DNA of 55,759 nucleotides, the filler included, from Stramenopiles sp. TOSAG23-2 (lineage: Eukaryota), in NCBI GenBank assembly GCA_900128395.1. It is 5 parts of 5 records of this genome, joined end to end, with 100 filler letters (N's around TTAATTAATTAA, not from the genome) between each part and the next. Parts side by side here need not be neighbours in the genome. Positions count along the whole stretch, not along the records: positions 11,202 to 22,289 come from LT649966.1; positions 22,390 to 33,455 come from LT649967.1; positions 33,556 to 44,616 come from LT649968.1; 2 more parts are not named here. One strand, given 5' to 3'. Positions 22,255-33,576 of this stretch are shown piece by piece (position 1 is the first letter of the stretch; every line of letters starts with the position of its first letter). Below the pieces are notes generated by a model. It did not search any database and was not told the origin of the DNA. It worked only from the letters and a program-made list of their open reading frames with translations. The position numbers were made by a program, and so were the translations under genes.

Positions 22255-22289
22255 TTGCCCCTTCACGGCGTGGCCAAAACATTCAAATT

Positions 22290-22389
22290 NNNNNNNNNNN
22301 NNNNNNNNNNNNNNNNNNNNNNNNNNNNNNNNNTTAATTAATTAANNNNNNNNNNNNNNNNNNNNNNNNNNNNNNNNNNNNNNNNNNNN
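22290..22389. other. Artificial scaffold linker
   Basis: N44-TTAATTAATTAA-N44. Confidence 0.99.
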
Positions 22390-22390
22390 A

Positions 22391-23566
22391 GTAAGCATAT
22401 CACATTTAAGATCTATTATAACGCATGACACATTGTATGTGTTGGAGCCTGATTCATTTGCAGTTCAACGTTTTTTGGATGAATTTTCGTCTGCATTGAA
22501 ATCAAGTGAACGCAATGGTGAAGGGTTTGAATTATTAGCACTGGAAGGTATATTATCAAATGTAGCAACGAAATACTCACGACGAGTAGCATGTTTTGGG
22601 CCTATGATAGCTTCTTTATTAGATGAATTGCGAAATTCAGAATCACCGTTGAATGATAGTAATGCTGGTGCTGCAATTTTAACAAGAATTTTACCAATAC
22701 GTAATACATTGAGTCATTATGAACGTTCCTCAGAAGGTTTATTAAGAGTATTAGAAAGATTATTAAATGATGATGAGGATATGTCATTGATGATGTTGAC
22801 AGATAGGCAAAAAGAAGGTTTAAAGGGGGAAACAACATTTGATGTTGAAAGACATGAACCAATTGAATTAGTGTTGGAGGCATATTACCATAAAACGGAA
22901 GAATGTGTTCAATCTGCATTTGGATTACGTAAAAATATTGAAGCAACACAAGAGTTAGTAAATATTGCATTGGATGATAGTCGAAATCGTTTAATTCAAA
23001 CAAATGTACATATGGCAATTATTACAGTTGGCCTTGCTTTTTGCACTATGGTATATGGTGTCTTTGGTATGAATTTAGTTTCTGGTTTAGAGGAACATCC
23101 ATCAATGTTTCAAACCGTTACCTTTGGTGCTGGTGCTATGGGTGGTCTTGTATATGTAGGTGTATTACGGTTTATGACTGGTCAATCATTTGAACTTAGA
23201 TCACCATTGGAACCACGAAGGAAAAATCGTTTAGCTGGTAGGATGCAACGACAAGATGCAATAAAACGTATTCGTACTCTAGTACCAGCAAAAAAAACAG
23301 TTAATGATGGTAGTATACGCACGATAGAAACAAGACCATTGGATGATGTAAATGAAGCATTATTAACATACTTAGAAGAAAAAGGTGGTGCATCAGCTAG
23401 ATTAAATCGTGATGCTATGGTGGAAATTTTACAGAAAACTACTGGTGTTACACCTACAGAGGAGGATTTGAGAATTGTATTTACTGCTTTTGATAACAAT
23501 TATGATGAATTATTAGATTATGATGATGTTGTAAATTTTGTTGCTAGTCAATACGAGTCGAATTAA
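22391..23566 (+). CDS. MRS2/CorA-family Mg2+ transporter (5'-partial) with C-terminal EF-hand
   Basis: SHLRSIIT, FELLALEGIL, LLNDDEDM, IELVLEAY, IALDDSRNRL, GVFGMNL (GMN motif), two TMs; then FDNNYDELLDYDDV. Confidence 0.9.
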   Translation, partial: VSISHLRSIITHDTLYVLEPDSFAVQRFLDEFSSALKSSERNGEGFELLALEGILSNVATKYSRRVACFGPMIASLLDELRNSESPLNDSNAGAAILTRILPIRNTLSHYERSSEGLLRVLERLLNDDEDMSLMMLTDRQKEGLKGETTFDVERHEPIELVLEAYYHKTEECVQSAFGLRKNIEATQELVNIALDDSRNRLIQTNVHMAIITVGLAFCTMVYGVFGMNLVSGLEEHPSMFQTVTFGAGAMGGLVYVGVLRFMTGQSFELRSPLEPRRKNRLAGRMQRQDAIKRIRTLVPAKKTVNDGSIRTIETRPLDDVNEALLTYLEEKGGASARLNRDAMVEILQKTTGVTPTEEDLRIVFTAFDNNYDELLDYDDVVNFVASQYESN

Positions 23567-24578
23567 AAAAAAAAGAGAGAGAGAGAGTGTGTGTGTGTGT
23601 CCTCTCGTATTTCAGTAGTAAAATGATACGAATTCGTACATCATGATACACACAAAGTGTAGGACCAACAGGAGTGTGTGTGTGTGTGTGTGCATATTTT
23701 ATTTAAAATAAAAAGGGATACAGGCGTGGAATTAAAAAAAATATTTTTGTACGATTCGTATTTTTTTTAATTTTTTATTTTATTTTTTTTATATTTAATT
23801 TACGCATTAATTTATTGTTTTAATTTACTCAATATTTGTTTGTCTACATTTTATTAGAGAAACTTTTACAAAAAACATACTCTCCTTCACGCGACCTCTA
23901 GTTTCATGAATGACACTCTACTTGTGTCGACTTGTCTATTTTTCTTTTTGTACTTTCAATGATTTAAATCTCACCATTACCTCTTCCTACACGTCTACCA
24001 TTTGCATCAAAATAATTTGCTTTTCCAATTTTTAAACGTAAAAGTGCAATGATCTCTTGGCGAATTGGACTACGATTAACATCTTCACAAACAAAAACAA
24101 AAGTTTCTTGTACAACAGAATGGAAAATGCCCAATTTGCAGTGAGGATCTAGAACCTTGCTGCATGGATTGGATGCATATATATCAGGATGGTTACAACA
24201 ATAGAAGAGGTGATGGTACTAGGCTACTAGGCACTGCTTCCAATCATGTGTACAAAGTCACTTGAAGATGTCACAAGGAAGAAAAAAAATTTCTGAAATC
24301 GTTCATTTCATTCAAAATATATTAAGTATATATATTGGTATACTACGATTCCTATTTAATTTTAATATTTTTTTCTGTCCGCCCCAAAAACATCATAGAT
24401 TTCATTCATTACATCAATAACTTGAAATAGAACAAAACATATATATATAGTAAAGCTAAGGAAAGAGTTTTTTGTGCGTGATATAACCAGAATAAGAACC
24501 AATCAAACAGAATAAGAACGAACGAATTAATGTGTAGATACAATATACACACACACAAAAAAAATTAATAAACAAACT

Positions 24579-26287
24579 ATGTCAACAACAATATTTATTA
24601 ATGTACCTGAACCAGTACCACAAATTTTACATGATTGTAGATATATCGTCAACCCAACAACATTGAATAAACATGATGATAATAATCACCATAATAAAAC
24701 AGTAGTTGTTGTTAATACGAATTTTTTACTACTATCTTCAATCTCGAAAAATTACATTGATAATGGTGATTATATTTATAAATATGATTCTATGAACAAA
24801 TCATTGGAAGATGTTATACTTGATATTAATCATATGAATAATTACAATAATTTATATAAAATTAAACAAAACAATGTTCCTTCCGTTGATCAATTTCAAG
24901 GATGCATGGTTGGAATTGCAGTTGGTGATACGATTGGATTACCAGTGGAAGGTTTGCCTCGTGAAGGAACATATAAATATATGGAAGATATACAAAAAGA
25001 TTTAACAAAATATACACCACCATGGCATCGAGTCAATGATTTCATCAATGCCAAACGTAAAGCAAAAGGAAGAGAACCAATTACCATGGACCCAGAACGT
25101 AGTTACAAGTTAGGACAAGTATCTGATGATACACAATGTTCACTTTCACTTGCTGAATCAATGATTTATTCAAATGGTTTTTCTGTACAATCGTTTTCCG
25201 ATACAATGACTGCATTGCATATCAGTCCTGGTATTGTTGGTCAAGGTCCAACATCAAGAGCATGTTTAGATAAATTAGCCGAAAAAGAATTTTCATGGCT
25301 AGACGCATGTTTCAACGTTGGTGAAAAGAAAAATGTAATGGGTATGTATATATATCCATCTACTTGTACTGAATATATACTCTGTAATATAATAAATTCT
25401 TCATATAATATGCCCTAACCAACATAAATTACTTTTAATCATTGCTCTTTCAATTATATATACGAAAAGCACGAGGTACAAATGGTAGTATTATGCGTGT
25501 TGGTCCATTAGGTTTATGGGGATGGATGGATCCAAAAGCAAGTGTTAATTTGGAAAATGCTATATTAAGTAGTCATGTGACTCATCCACACCCACATTCA
25601 AAAATTGGTGCTGCAATGTTAACAATCGCAGTTGCAAGTGCTGTTAATGGAAAAGCAAATCATATTACTGATATAAGTGAATTTATATGTAGTAATATTG
25701 AACATTTATATCCAAACATTGGCCAAACATTACGTGCAATGAAAAATGCATCTGGTTGGGAAGAAGCATTGAATATTTTACATGATCGTTATCCATGTCC
25801 AGATAATCATAAAAATATGCGTAGACCAGATGGTAAAGAAATTTCAATGTATCCATGTAAGTTTCATGATGATATATATATCACATAGATATACTCTTTA
25901 ACTTGTTTATATTAATTAATAGTAATGCAACAGGATTACTAACATTATTTATTTTACATATATATTATTTATATCGTCGAATATCTCTTAGATCATACGG
26001 CTGGTTGGGCCATTTATTCATTCTTATCGAATCCAAATAATTTTTGGGAATCGATGTTTACATGTTTAAAACCTGGTGGCGATACAGATACGGTTGCAGC
26101 ATGTTGTGGTTCTATTGCTGGTGCATATAATGGATTGCAAAAGATAATTGATGAACGTCATGATTCCATGCATGTATTGAAACATATACATGATGAAACA
26201 CAAGAAGGAAAAATTGGTTTGGAAGAATTGAAAGAAGTTGGTAATAAATTGTATGTAGTATGTGTTGGTGCTAGTAGTAAATTATAA
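24579..26287 (+). CDS. ADP-ribosylglycohydrolase (ARH/DraG family), three exons: 24579-25341, 25470-25856, 25992-26287
   Basis: GIAVGDTIGLPVE, GQVSDDTQ, TNGSIMR, SHVTH, GGDTDTVAACCGSIAGA. GT-AG introns 25342-25469 and 25857-25991 have CTAAC branch points and restore one reading frame. Confidence 0.92.
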
Positions 26288-26918
26288 ATTTATTAAAAAT
26301 TTAATTAGTCACATGAAGAAAGTTGTGAGAGAGAATCAGAGTATTTGAGCATTTGAGCATCGTATTTTTTATCACGCGGGGAAGTATATGATTTATAAAA
26401 AAAATTATTTTTTTTTTACGAATCGTTAAAATAACACTTTATAAAAATGATAATATTCCTACTCTTCAAAAGAATACGTACAATAACTGAAATAATCTCT
26501 ACGAATCTCACACTAATGTATGTTGATATTCCCATAATAGAGAAAACCAATGAAGGTAAATAGATGGTATCAACTACTCGTAGCAGTTGATGAAAAACGA
26601 ACATCATAGGAAGGCGGAGAATAAATTGTACCGGGGTACAAGTCATTGTACGACTCACCAAATGCACATTTTAAAGCAAAACGATTATTATAAGCGCAAG
26701 TTTTAATAATCGCAGTTTGTACTCGTATATCTTTATATATTAAATATAAATACTGACAAAAAGAAATATCTCTCTTCCCAAAACACACACACTAAACCAT
26801 TTACTATACGTATGATATAATACTACGAATATATACGACATAAATTAGTACGAATCGTATCATATCATATGTATAGAAAATATGATACACATATAACACA
26901 CACATGTGTTATAATACA

Positions 26919-29900
26919 TTACACAGACATCTCAATATGATCAAATTTAAATCTTGGATATGCAATGGCATCATTTATACTATTTAAAGCAATACTGAAA
27001 TTTTGTGTACGTTTAGCACGATCTTTTCGACGTTCTTCATGTAGACTCTCCCAATTATTTTCTCTAACCAATGATTGGCCAAGAGGTAGCAAATCTGGAA
27101 CAGGTGCTGGTGGTATATCTTTATCTTTTTTTACATTTTCTTCTCCTTCTTCTCCTTCTTCTTCTTCTTCTTCTGTCTTTTCAACTTCTTCACCCTCTTC
27201 TTCATTAGTTTTTTCATCTTCTTCAAATAAAGTTCTACATAAATCGATGGTTGGATACATTGGTTCATCTTCCTCCACAGGTTCATCATCACTATCTGTT
27301 GCACTCATCATATCCTCATCATTTTTTTCCTTTAATAAATCTTCTCGTCTATCCCACAATCGCTGGGAATCATCATAATATGACATTGCTGAAAATCGCT
27401 GTTGACGAGTTGGACGGTAACAAGTTGAAACCATATTAACACCTTCAATACTCCCAATGCTGCTGCATCCAGGTTGACTAATAATTGCACGACGTTGTAT
27501 TTTAGGTGGATTAAATGGAATGTATGTAGGTTTTAATATAAATTCAGGATCGGTTTCCCGTGGTTCATCTGTTTTCAAGAATATTCTGACTGATGCATCT
27601 GGTTTCAGTAATGTTGTTAATTCAATCGGTTGAGGCTCTAACCACTGCTCGTATCCTTTCGGCAAAGGCAATACTAAATCTTTCTTCTTTCCATCTGCTT
27701 CTTCCCCTGTTTCATCTGAATTTTCAATAACAGGTGGGGCTTCTTTCTCATCTTTTTTATCTTTTCCAGCTTTTGGTGCTGGAGGGACTTTTGCTGATAT
27801 GCGTACAGGTTCTTCCTCCTCCGCGCCTGTTCGCAATTTCCTGTTCATTTCAGTTGGAACATAAATAGAAATTGGTAAATTTGGTATTGGCTTATAATTC
27901 AATAAACCAGCTTGAAATGGTTGCTTCAATGCAAATGCTTCTAAATGATCAAAGTCGCGTATTACATCAGCTTCAACTGGAGAAAATATACCACCACCGC
28001 CGCCACTACTACTACTTTTACCATCATCACTATCATCATTGTCACCCATAGAACTTTGTGGATATCTATTAAATGGTACAAAATCAATTAATTGTGCTAA
28101 ATCTGGTGTATTATCTTCCTCTTCCTCCTCACCGTTACTTTTACTTGAACCACCTGCACTTGCTGCTAAACGATTGTCACGCTCGACGAATTCTTTCACC
28201 GCTTGTCTTGTGGTTGCACTTACGGAACGTAATTTTTGTCTTAGCATGCGGTATCTTTTTCTAACCCTACGCCTTATAATAATTGTATTTGCAGCATTTT
28301 GGAATCTTTGCAATACTTCTTTTCTCATCAACCAGACATTATTTGAATAAATATCGAATTCTGGTTTCCTATCTGGTTTTCCTAATAAATATGATAAACA
28401 TTCCGCACGTCCAAGCTCTTTGCCATCACGCAATGGTCCAAATGCTTGGGTACTGTAACGTGTTCTTTCAGAGGCACGTTTCATTCGTGATTTTGCTGCA
28501 TCCGTTTTACTACGAGCTAAGTTAATTCTATTAATATCTTTATCGTTAAGTAAATTATTCCCTTTGCGTACACGTTGTGTTTGAAATTCTAACTCTTCCT
28601 CATTTTTTTTCAAATCTCGTAATTCCTGTAAAAAGACTAATTCCTTCAATTGCCTACCTTTCTTCTTCGACGTATCTGCTGATAAAACAACTTCATTGAT
28701 TATTGCATCTGAATTTGCTACCATTGCACCTGCACTTAACGTTTTCATTGCCTCTTGCTCCAACCGTCTCTTCTCTCTCATAGCTCTTTGCTTTGCAACT
28801 GCTATTTTTAAATCTTTTGGTTTTAATTTACCAATCTCCTGTGTTAATACAAAATTCACGGCAGACATATTGGATAAATCACGTGGAATACGAATGCCAT
28901 CGACTACTGTTTCATCTGGAATTTCATCTTTATTTTGCTTTTTAGCCATTTCTTCCAATTCCTCGGAAGTCATATTTAAACTATCTTGCCTTAACGTTTC
29001 CATTTTACGCCTATGACGCCTTTTTGTTTTAATACCTATATATGCACCACCAACATCAATTGCAGCACCGGAGCCTAAACCATGCCATGACAAATCACTT
29101 GTTTGATCATATGTTTCTAATGGTATATCCTTGACTTTTTTCCTAGCTAATGAAAACGATTGTGTAGTTGCATTTAACGCATCTACATCTTCATCCCTAC
29201 CATCACCCATTGTAGAATCCAATGTACTTGAACCACCTAAAGTAGTATTTGTATTGTCTTTTGGAGAAGTTGCAGGTCCATTATTTAATTTTTTCAAAAC
29301 ACGGTTACGTGTAATACCTGGTGCTGCATTACCAACAATTCTGCATGTCATGCTTTTGAAATTAAATTGAGATACGTTGACCTCTAATGTCATTTCGGCT
29401 GTTCCTAACTTCACTGGACAATATGTTATGGCAACTTCTGCAAATCCATTTGCTGGGATAACACCTTTCAAAGGTGTCACTTCAAAATCACTATTTGGTT
29501 TTACAACAGTTAACTCATACTCAAATTGTATTGGTACTTTACAAGATAATTTAATTATTTTCGTGCATTTATCTAACAATGCAGCTTTGCCAAAATCGAT
29601 AAATTCTGGGAAAAACACATCATTCGCTATTGGGTATGCATGTATTGGTATTAATAAATTTTCATCTTGACAATGCACACGTATACAATCATAATAATAT
29701 CTCCACTCGTCCGGTCGAAACGTTATACGAATATTTTCTGCCATTCCAGGTGCTACTATACCTTTTTTATTACATGTTATGGAAAAATATGGCGTTGTTG
29801 TATTGATGACGTGCAAGCGTTGTGCAAAATGAGATGTATTGACTATTTTTAAAACTTGCGTAAATTGATCATCCAATGTAAATCCGCCAAAGTGTACAAT

Positions 29901-30038
29901 AGCTGGTGTTGGTTTTAAAGTTTCATTACCACCTAATTTTGCATATACTTGTTCATCAACAATACGAAATGGTTGTTTCGTCGTTGGTGATGCAACAAAT
30001 GCATGTCCTTTCAATGCCCTTGCAGCTGGATGTGCCAT
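26919..30038 (-). CDS. CFAP221: Cilia- and flagella-associated protein 221 (PCDP1)
   Basis: Diagnostic N-terminal segment VHFGGF...PGMAENIRITFRPDEWRYYYDCIRVHC...LLIPIHAYP, Ig-like ASH domains, VNFVLTQEIGKLKPKDL. Confidence 0.9.
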   Translation of the reverse strand: MAHPAARALKGHAFVASPTTKQPFRIVDEQVYAKLGGNETLKPTPAIVHFGGFTLDDQFTQVLKIVNTSHFAQRLHVINTTTPYFSITCNKKGIVAPGMAENIRITFRPDEWRYYYDCIRVHCQDENLLIPIHAYPIANDVFFPEFIDFGKAALLDKCTKIIKLSCKVPIQFEYELTVVKPNSDFEVTPLKGVIPANGFAEVAITYCPVKLGTAEMTLEVNVSQFNFKSMTCRIVGNAAPGITRNRVLKKLNNGPATSPKDNTNTTLGGSSTLDSTMGDGRDEDVDALNATTQSFSLARKKVKDIPLETYDQTSDLSWHGLGSGAAIDVGGAYIGIKTKRRHRRKMETLRQDSLNMTSEELEEMAKKQNKDEIPDETVVDGIRIPRDLSNMSAVNFVLTQEIGKLKPKDLKIAVAKQRAMREKRRLEQEAMKTLSAGAMVANSDAIINEVVLSADTSKKKGRQLKELVFLQELRDLKKNEEELEFQTQRVRKGNNLLNDKDINRINLARSKTDAAKSRMKRASERTRYSTQAFGPLRDGKELGRAECLSYLLGKPDRKPEFDIYSNNVWLMRKEVLQRFQNAANTIIIRRRVRKRYRMLRQKLRSVSATTRQAVKEFVERDNRLAASAGGSSKSNGEEEEEDNTPDLAQLIDFVPFNRYPQSSMGDNDDSDDGKSSSSGGGGGIFSPVEADVIRDFDHLEAFALKQPFQAGLLNYKPIPNLPISIYVPTEMNRKLRTGAEEEEPVRISAKVPPAPKAGKDKKDEKEAPPVIENSDETGEEADGKKKDLVLPLPKGYEQWLEPQPIELTTLLKPDASVRIFLKTDEPRETDPEFILKPTYIPFNPPKIQRRAIISQPGCSSIGSIEGVNMVSTCYRPTRQQRFSAMSYYDDSQRLWDRREDLLKEKNDEDMMSATDSDDEPVEEDEPMYPTIDLCRTLFEEDEKTNEEEGEEVEKTEEEEEEGEEGEENVKKDKDIPPAPVPDLLPLGQSLVRENNWESLHEERRKDRAKRTQNFSIALNSINDAIAYPRFKFDHIEMSV

Positions 30039-30272
30039 ATTATGTTTTACTAATTTCAGTACCTCTTCTATTTAATTAAAAAAAAATATATATATATATA
30101 TATTATTATATGTATTACATAGGAATGCTATTGATAATATTTCACAAGAGTTTGATTCTACTCTATCTTATACAGATTAAATATATATATATATGTTTTA
30201 AAGTCTATTACCGTTATTCCAGGTATTCTTCTTCCTGTTGTTAAAATAACGAACGCAGTCCAGCAGTGCTAC

Positions 30273-30523
30273 CTCTAAACCGTGTATGTAAAAAATGTAC
30301 ACTTGTGCAAAAAATGTACACTTAACACTATTCACTATGGGGGAAATATTCATCATTTTTTCTATATTTTCGGATATTTGCTATTTTTTACACACACATA
30401 TATGAAAAATAAAATTGGCATTTTAGAAAACGATATATAACATATTTCCCGTAGTGAATAGTGTTATTTGTTAAGTGTACATTTTTGACACGGTTTATAG
30501 CACACTTTTGACACGGTTTAGAG
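30273..30523. mobile_element. ~250-bp MITE-like element with nested inverted repeats
   Basis: Terminal CTCTAAACCGTGT / ACACGGTTTAGAG; subterminal IRs AAAAATGTACACTTAAC / GTTAAGTGTACATTTTT and AACACTATTCACTA / TAGTGAATAGTGTT; no clear TSD. Confidence 0.75.
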
Positions 30524-30979
30524 CTGTCGTCGTGTTGTATGTTTTAAGGAAACAGTCAAAATAGGCACTCACGTCTCATGTTTCTGGTCATTCGCTAAGA
30601 TTTAATACTATATTCATAGCGTTATTTTTATAGGATGGCAATCCTTAATCATCTTTTGCTACTTGATATATAGGAGGATTTGAATAAAACACTAGCAGAT
30701 TTGACATTTACTAGACCTCGTATTTTTGATAAAGCACATAATAGTATGTTGGTGCTATTTTAATTTGCAAATTTTACTACTACCTTTCTTTCTTTTTTAA
30801 TTAGACTATCTTTTAATTAAAAGAGATAATTGTAAAGTATATATATATACTATATGTATGTTTCCACGTTTCGCCTTAGGATTTTCTATTCTTTTTTTTA
30901 TTCCTCTCTTTTCATATGTAGTATATATTTATTAGTTAGATAATAACACAATCTACCCCCCACCCTCTCAAAAAAAAAA

Positions 30980-32260
30980 ATGACGTCCAATAAAAAACAA
31001 AATGAATTATATGATTTACGAAGGTCTACATTAAATCCATTAAATGTAGTTAATCCAGCTCTTGTTGATAATATTGCAATTAATATTAATAATAATAATA
31101 ATAAAACGCCAAAGTCTTTACAAATATCCAGAGATGATTCAGATGATGACGTAGCAAAACGTGTCAAAGATATGAAGAAAAAGAAAATATCAAATAAAGA
31201 AAAGAGGCAGAAATATAAACGAGGTTCTATTGTTGATCGATACAGACGTGCTTCTGTATTTGATGAAATTGTGAGTCAAATTGAAACAGATGATAATTCT
31301 AAACAGCAAAAAGATGGGGAAAACAACAACGGCAACTCTTCACATCGTAATCAACATCAAGGGCAACACCAACGAATCAAACATATTCAAGAAACAAAAG
31401 CTTTAGGTTTGAGTCAGAGTCATCGTGCCAGAATGATAGCTTTTGAAATGGCAGCAAATCAAGTGAAAGAACATGAGAAAAGGAAAAAACAAAAAGAACG
31501 AGATGAATATAATATGTCTGATGATAGTGATGATGAAAATAGTAATGGCGACGATGGCGATGATGATGCATGGTATTTAAATCCTTATTCCGTAGCATCC
31601 ATGCCTGAAGATATTCGTAAAGGTTTTATTTTAAAGGTATTTGGCATATTATGGATACAAATTGTAGTGATGATTATAACAATTGCTGTTGTTAAATTTA
31701 CAACAATTGCTGAATTGATATATACGAATTATTGGGCATACCTTTGTGTATTCATTGCTCCATATGTATTTCTTGGATTATTATTTGGTGTCCGTGAAAA
31801 ACATCCAATAAATCTAATAGTATTCTCTTTATTCACGATTTCATTATCAACGATGATAGGTTTGATTTATTATTATTTAACGGATAATTTATTCATGGTA
31901 ACAATGGTTGGTATGGTTTTAATGGTTGGAGTCATTATGTGGTATTGTAAGCGTTCATTGGAAGAATTCACATTTTGGAAAACCTTTGGAGTTATAATGG
32001 GATGTTCATTTGTTACTAGCATTGTTAGTGGTATTTTCTTTCAAGCAAAATATTGGCATAGTCATATATGGCCCGGTTTTGCAACTATGATCTTTGGTAC
32101 GTGGTTGATGTGGGATATCATAGCCATTCAAATTGATTTAACGCCTGATGAATATATTATAGGTGCATTGGATTTATATTTGGATATTGTGAATTTAATC
32201 TTATGGTTATTGATTGGATGTTTATATTGTATGGAAGTGGTGTTGAAATTTGCACATTGA
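30980..32260 (+). CDS. Bax inhibitor-1/Lifeguard (TMBIM) family protein with long hydrophilic N-terminus
   Basis: IRKGFILKVFGILWIQ, KHPINLI, WDI, PDEYIIGALDLYLDIVNL; about 7 TMs. Confidence 0.9.
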   Translation: MTSNKKQNELYDLRRSTLNPLNVVNPALVDNIAININNNNNKTPKSLQISRDDSDDDVAKRVKDMKKKKISNKEKRQKYKRGSIVDRYRRASVFDEIVSQIETDDNSKQQKDGENNNGNSSHRNQHQGQHQRIKHIQETKALGLSQSHRARMIAFEMAANQVKEHEKRKKQKERDEYNMSDDSDDENSNGDDGDDDAWYLNPYSVASMPEDIRKGFILKVFGILWIQIVVMIITIAVVKFTTIAELIYTNYWAYLCVFIAPYVFLGLLFGVREKHPINLIVFSLFTISLSTMIGLIYYYLTDNLFMVTMVGMVLMVGVIMWYCKRSLEEFTFWKTFGVIMGCSFVTSIVSGIFFQAKYWHSHIWPGFATMIFGTWLMWDIIAIQIDLTPDEYIIGALDLYLDIVNLILWLLIGCLYCMEVVLKFAH

Positions 32261-32973
32261 AAAAAATGAAATATATAAGAACCGTAATTTTTACGGCGTA
32301 GCTTTTTGATATATTTTTATTTTTTATATCATCTCTCCAGATAAAAATGTTTTCGTGTACAATTATATTTTTACGCTTTTTTAAAAAAGTAGTGTACTGT
32401 GAAATGATTAAAAATTTTTATAAAAAATATTACACGTGTGTGTGTATATATTAAATATTTCTTGGTGTTTACCACCTCGTACGTATGATAATGTATGATA
32501 TGATATGTATATTTTAAATTATATGTGATATTTTTTAAATATCATATGATACTGCATATAAGAGATATTCTTTAAATATTATTTTTAATATTTCGTTATA
32601 TTTTAATCCTCTCCATACAACACATCGTTCTCACTCTTCTTCTATAATATTAAATTAAATTGTCGTAAACACCATATATTATTATATATTATGCATATGT
32701 TTTTGTACGTATATTCTAATATAATATATACGTTTTTGTATATTACACACTCACATTATTATATTTTGTTTTCTCGTGTATATCATCTCTCTCTTTTGTT
32801 CGTCTCCCATTGATACGTCGTATTTCATACATTATATATAATCTTTTTATGCATTTTGAATATGATTCACTAAACTAGTAACTTCTTTTAATATACGCCA
32901 TGATTCAATATCTGCATTCCAAACATTTGATTGATCTGTAATGGTCTTCTCCTTGTATAAATATATAATCTTT

Positions 32974-33455
32974 TTATGCATTTTGAATATGATTCACTAA
33001 ACTAGTAACTTCTTTTAATATACGCCATGATTCAATATCTGCATTCCAAACATTTGATTGATCTGTAATGGTCTTCTCCTTGTATAAATTTATAAATTCT
33101 GTCAATGCAAATGGACCGATAGTTTCACCAGCACCATTTAAATAATACCATTCTGTATCATTTTCACTGTTTGGCACAACAGCATCAAATACATCATATA
33201 GATATTCTGAATAACTTGCAAAATAATTGATAAACTCATCTAGACATAATGCACCATCACCATCTTGATCAATTGCTGCAAATAATTGTTTGTGCGCCTC
33301 ATCAGTTAACTCAATCGATTTCGGCGTCTTGGCGGCATTAAGAAATAGCTCGGATGAAATCGATTTACAATCTTTATCATTATTACAAATAGCAACAAAC
33401 AATGCAGTAGCTTTATTGATAACATCTTCGCTCACCCCTTCATCATCATCGTCGT
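32974..33455 (-). CDS. EF-hand plus GYF_2 (DUF4339) domain protein, 5'-partial
   Basis: DQDGDGALCLDE EF loop; WYYLNGAGETIGPF...ITDQSNVWNADIESWRILKEV; frame open to the scaffold end. Confidence 0.82.
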
Positions 33456-33555
33456 NNNNNNNNNNNNNNNNNNNNNNNNNNNNNNNNNNNNNNNNNNNNT
33501 TAATTAATTAANNNNNNNNNNNNNNNNNNNNNNNNNNNNNNNNNNNNNNNNNNNN
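33456..33555. other. Artificial scaffold linker
   Basis: N44-TTAATTAATTAA-N44. Confidence 0.99.
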
Positions 33556-33576
33556 CGAAAAAAAAAAGAGAGAGAA

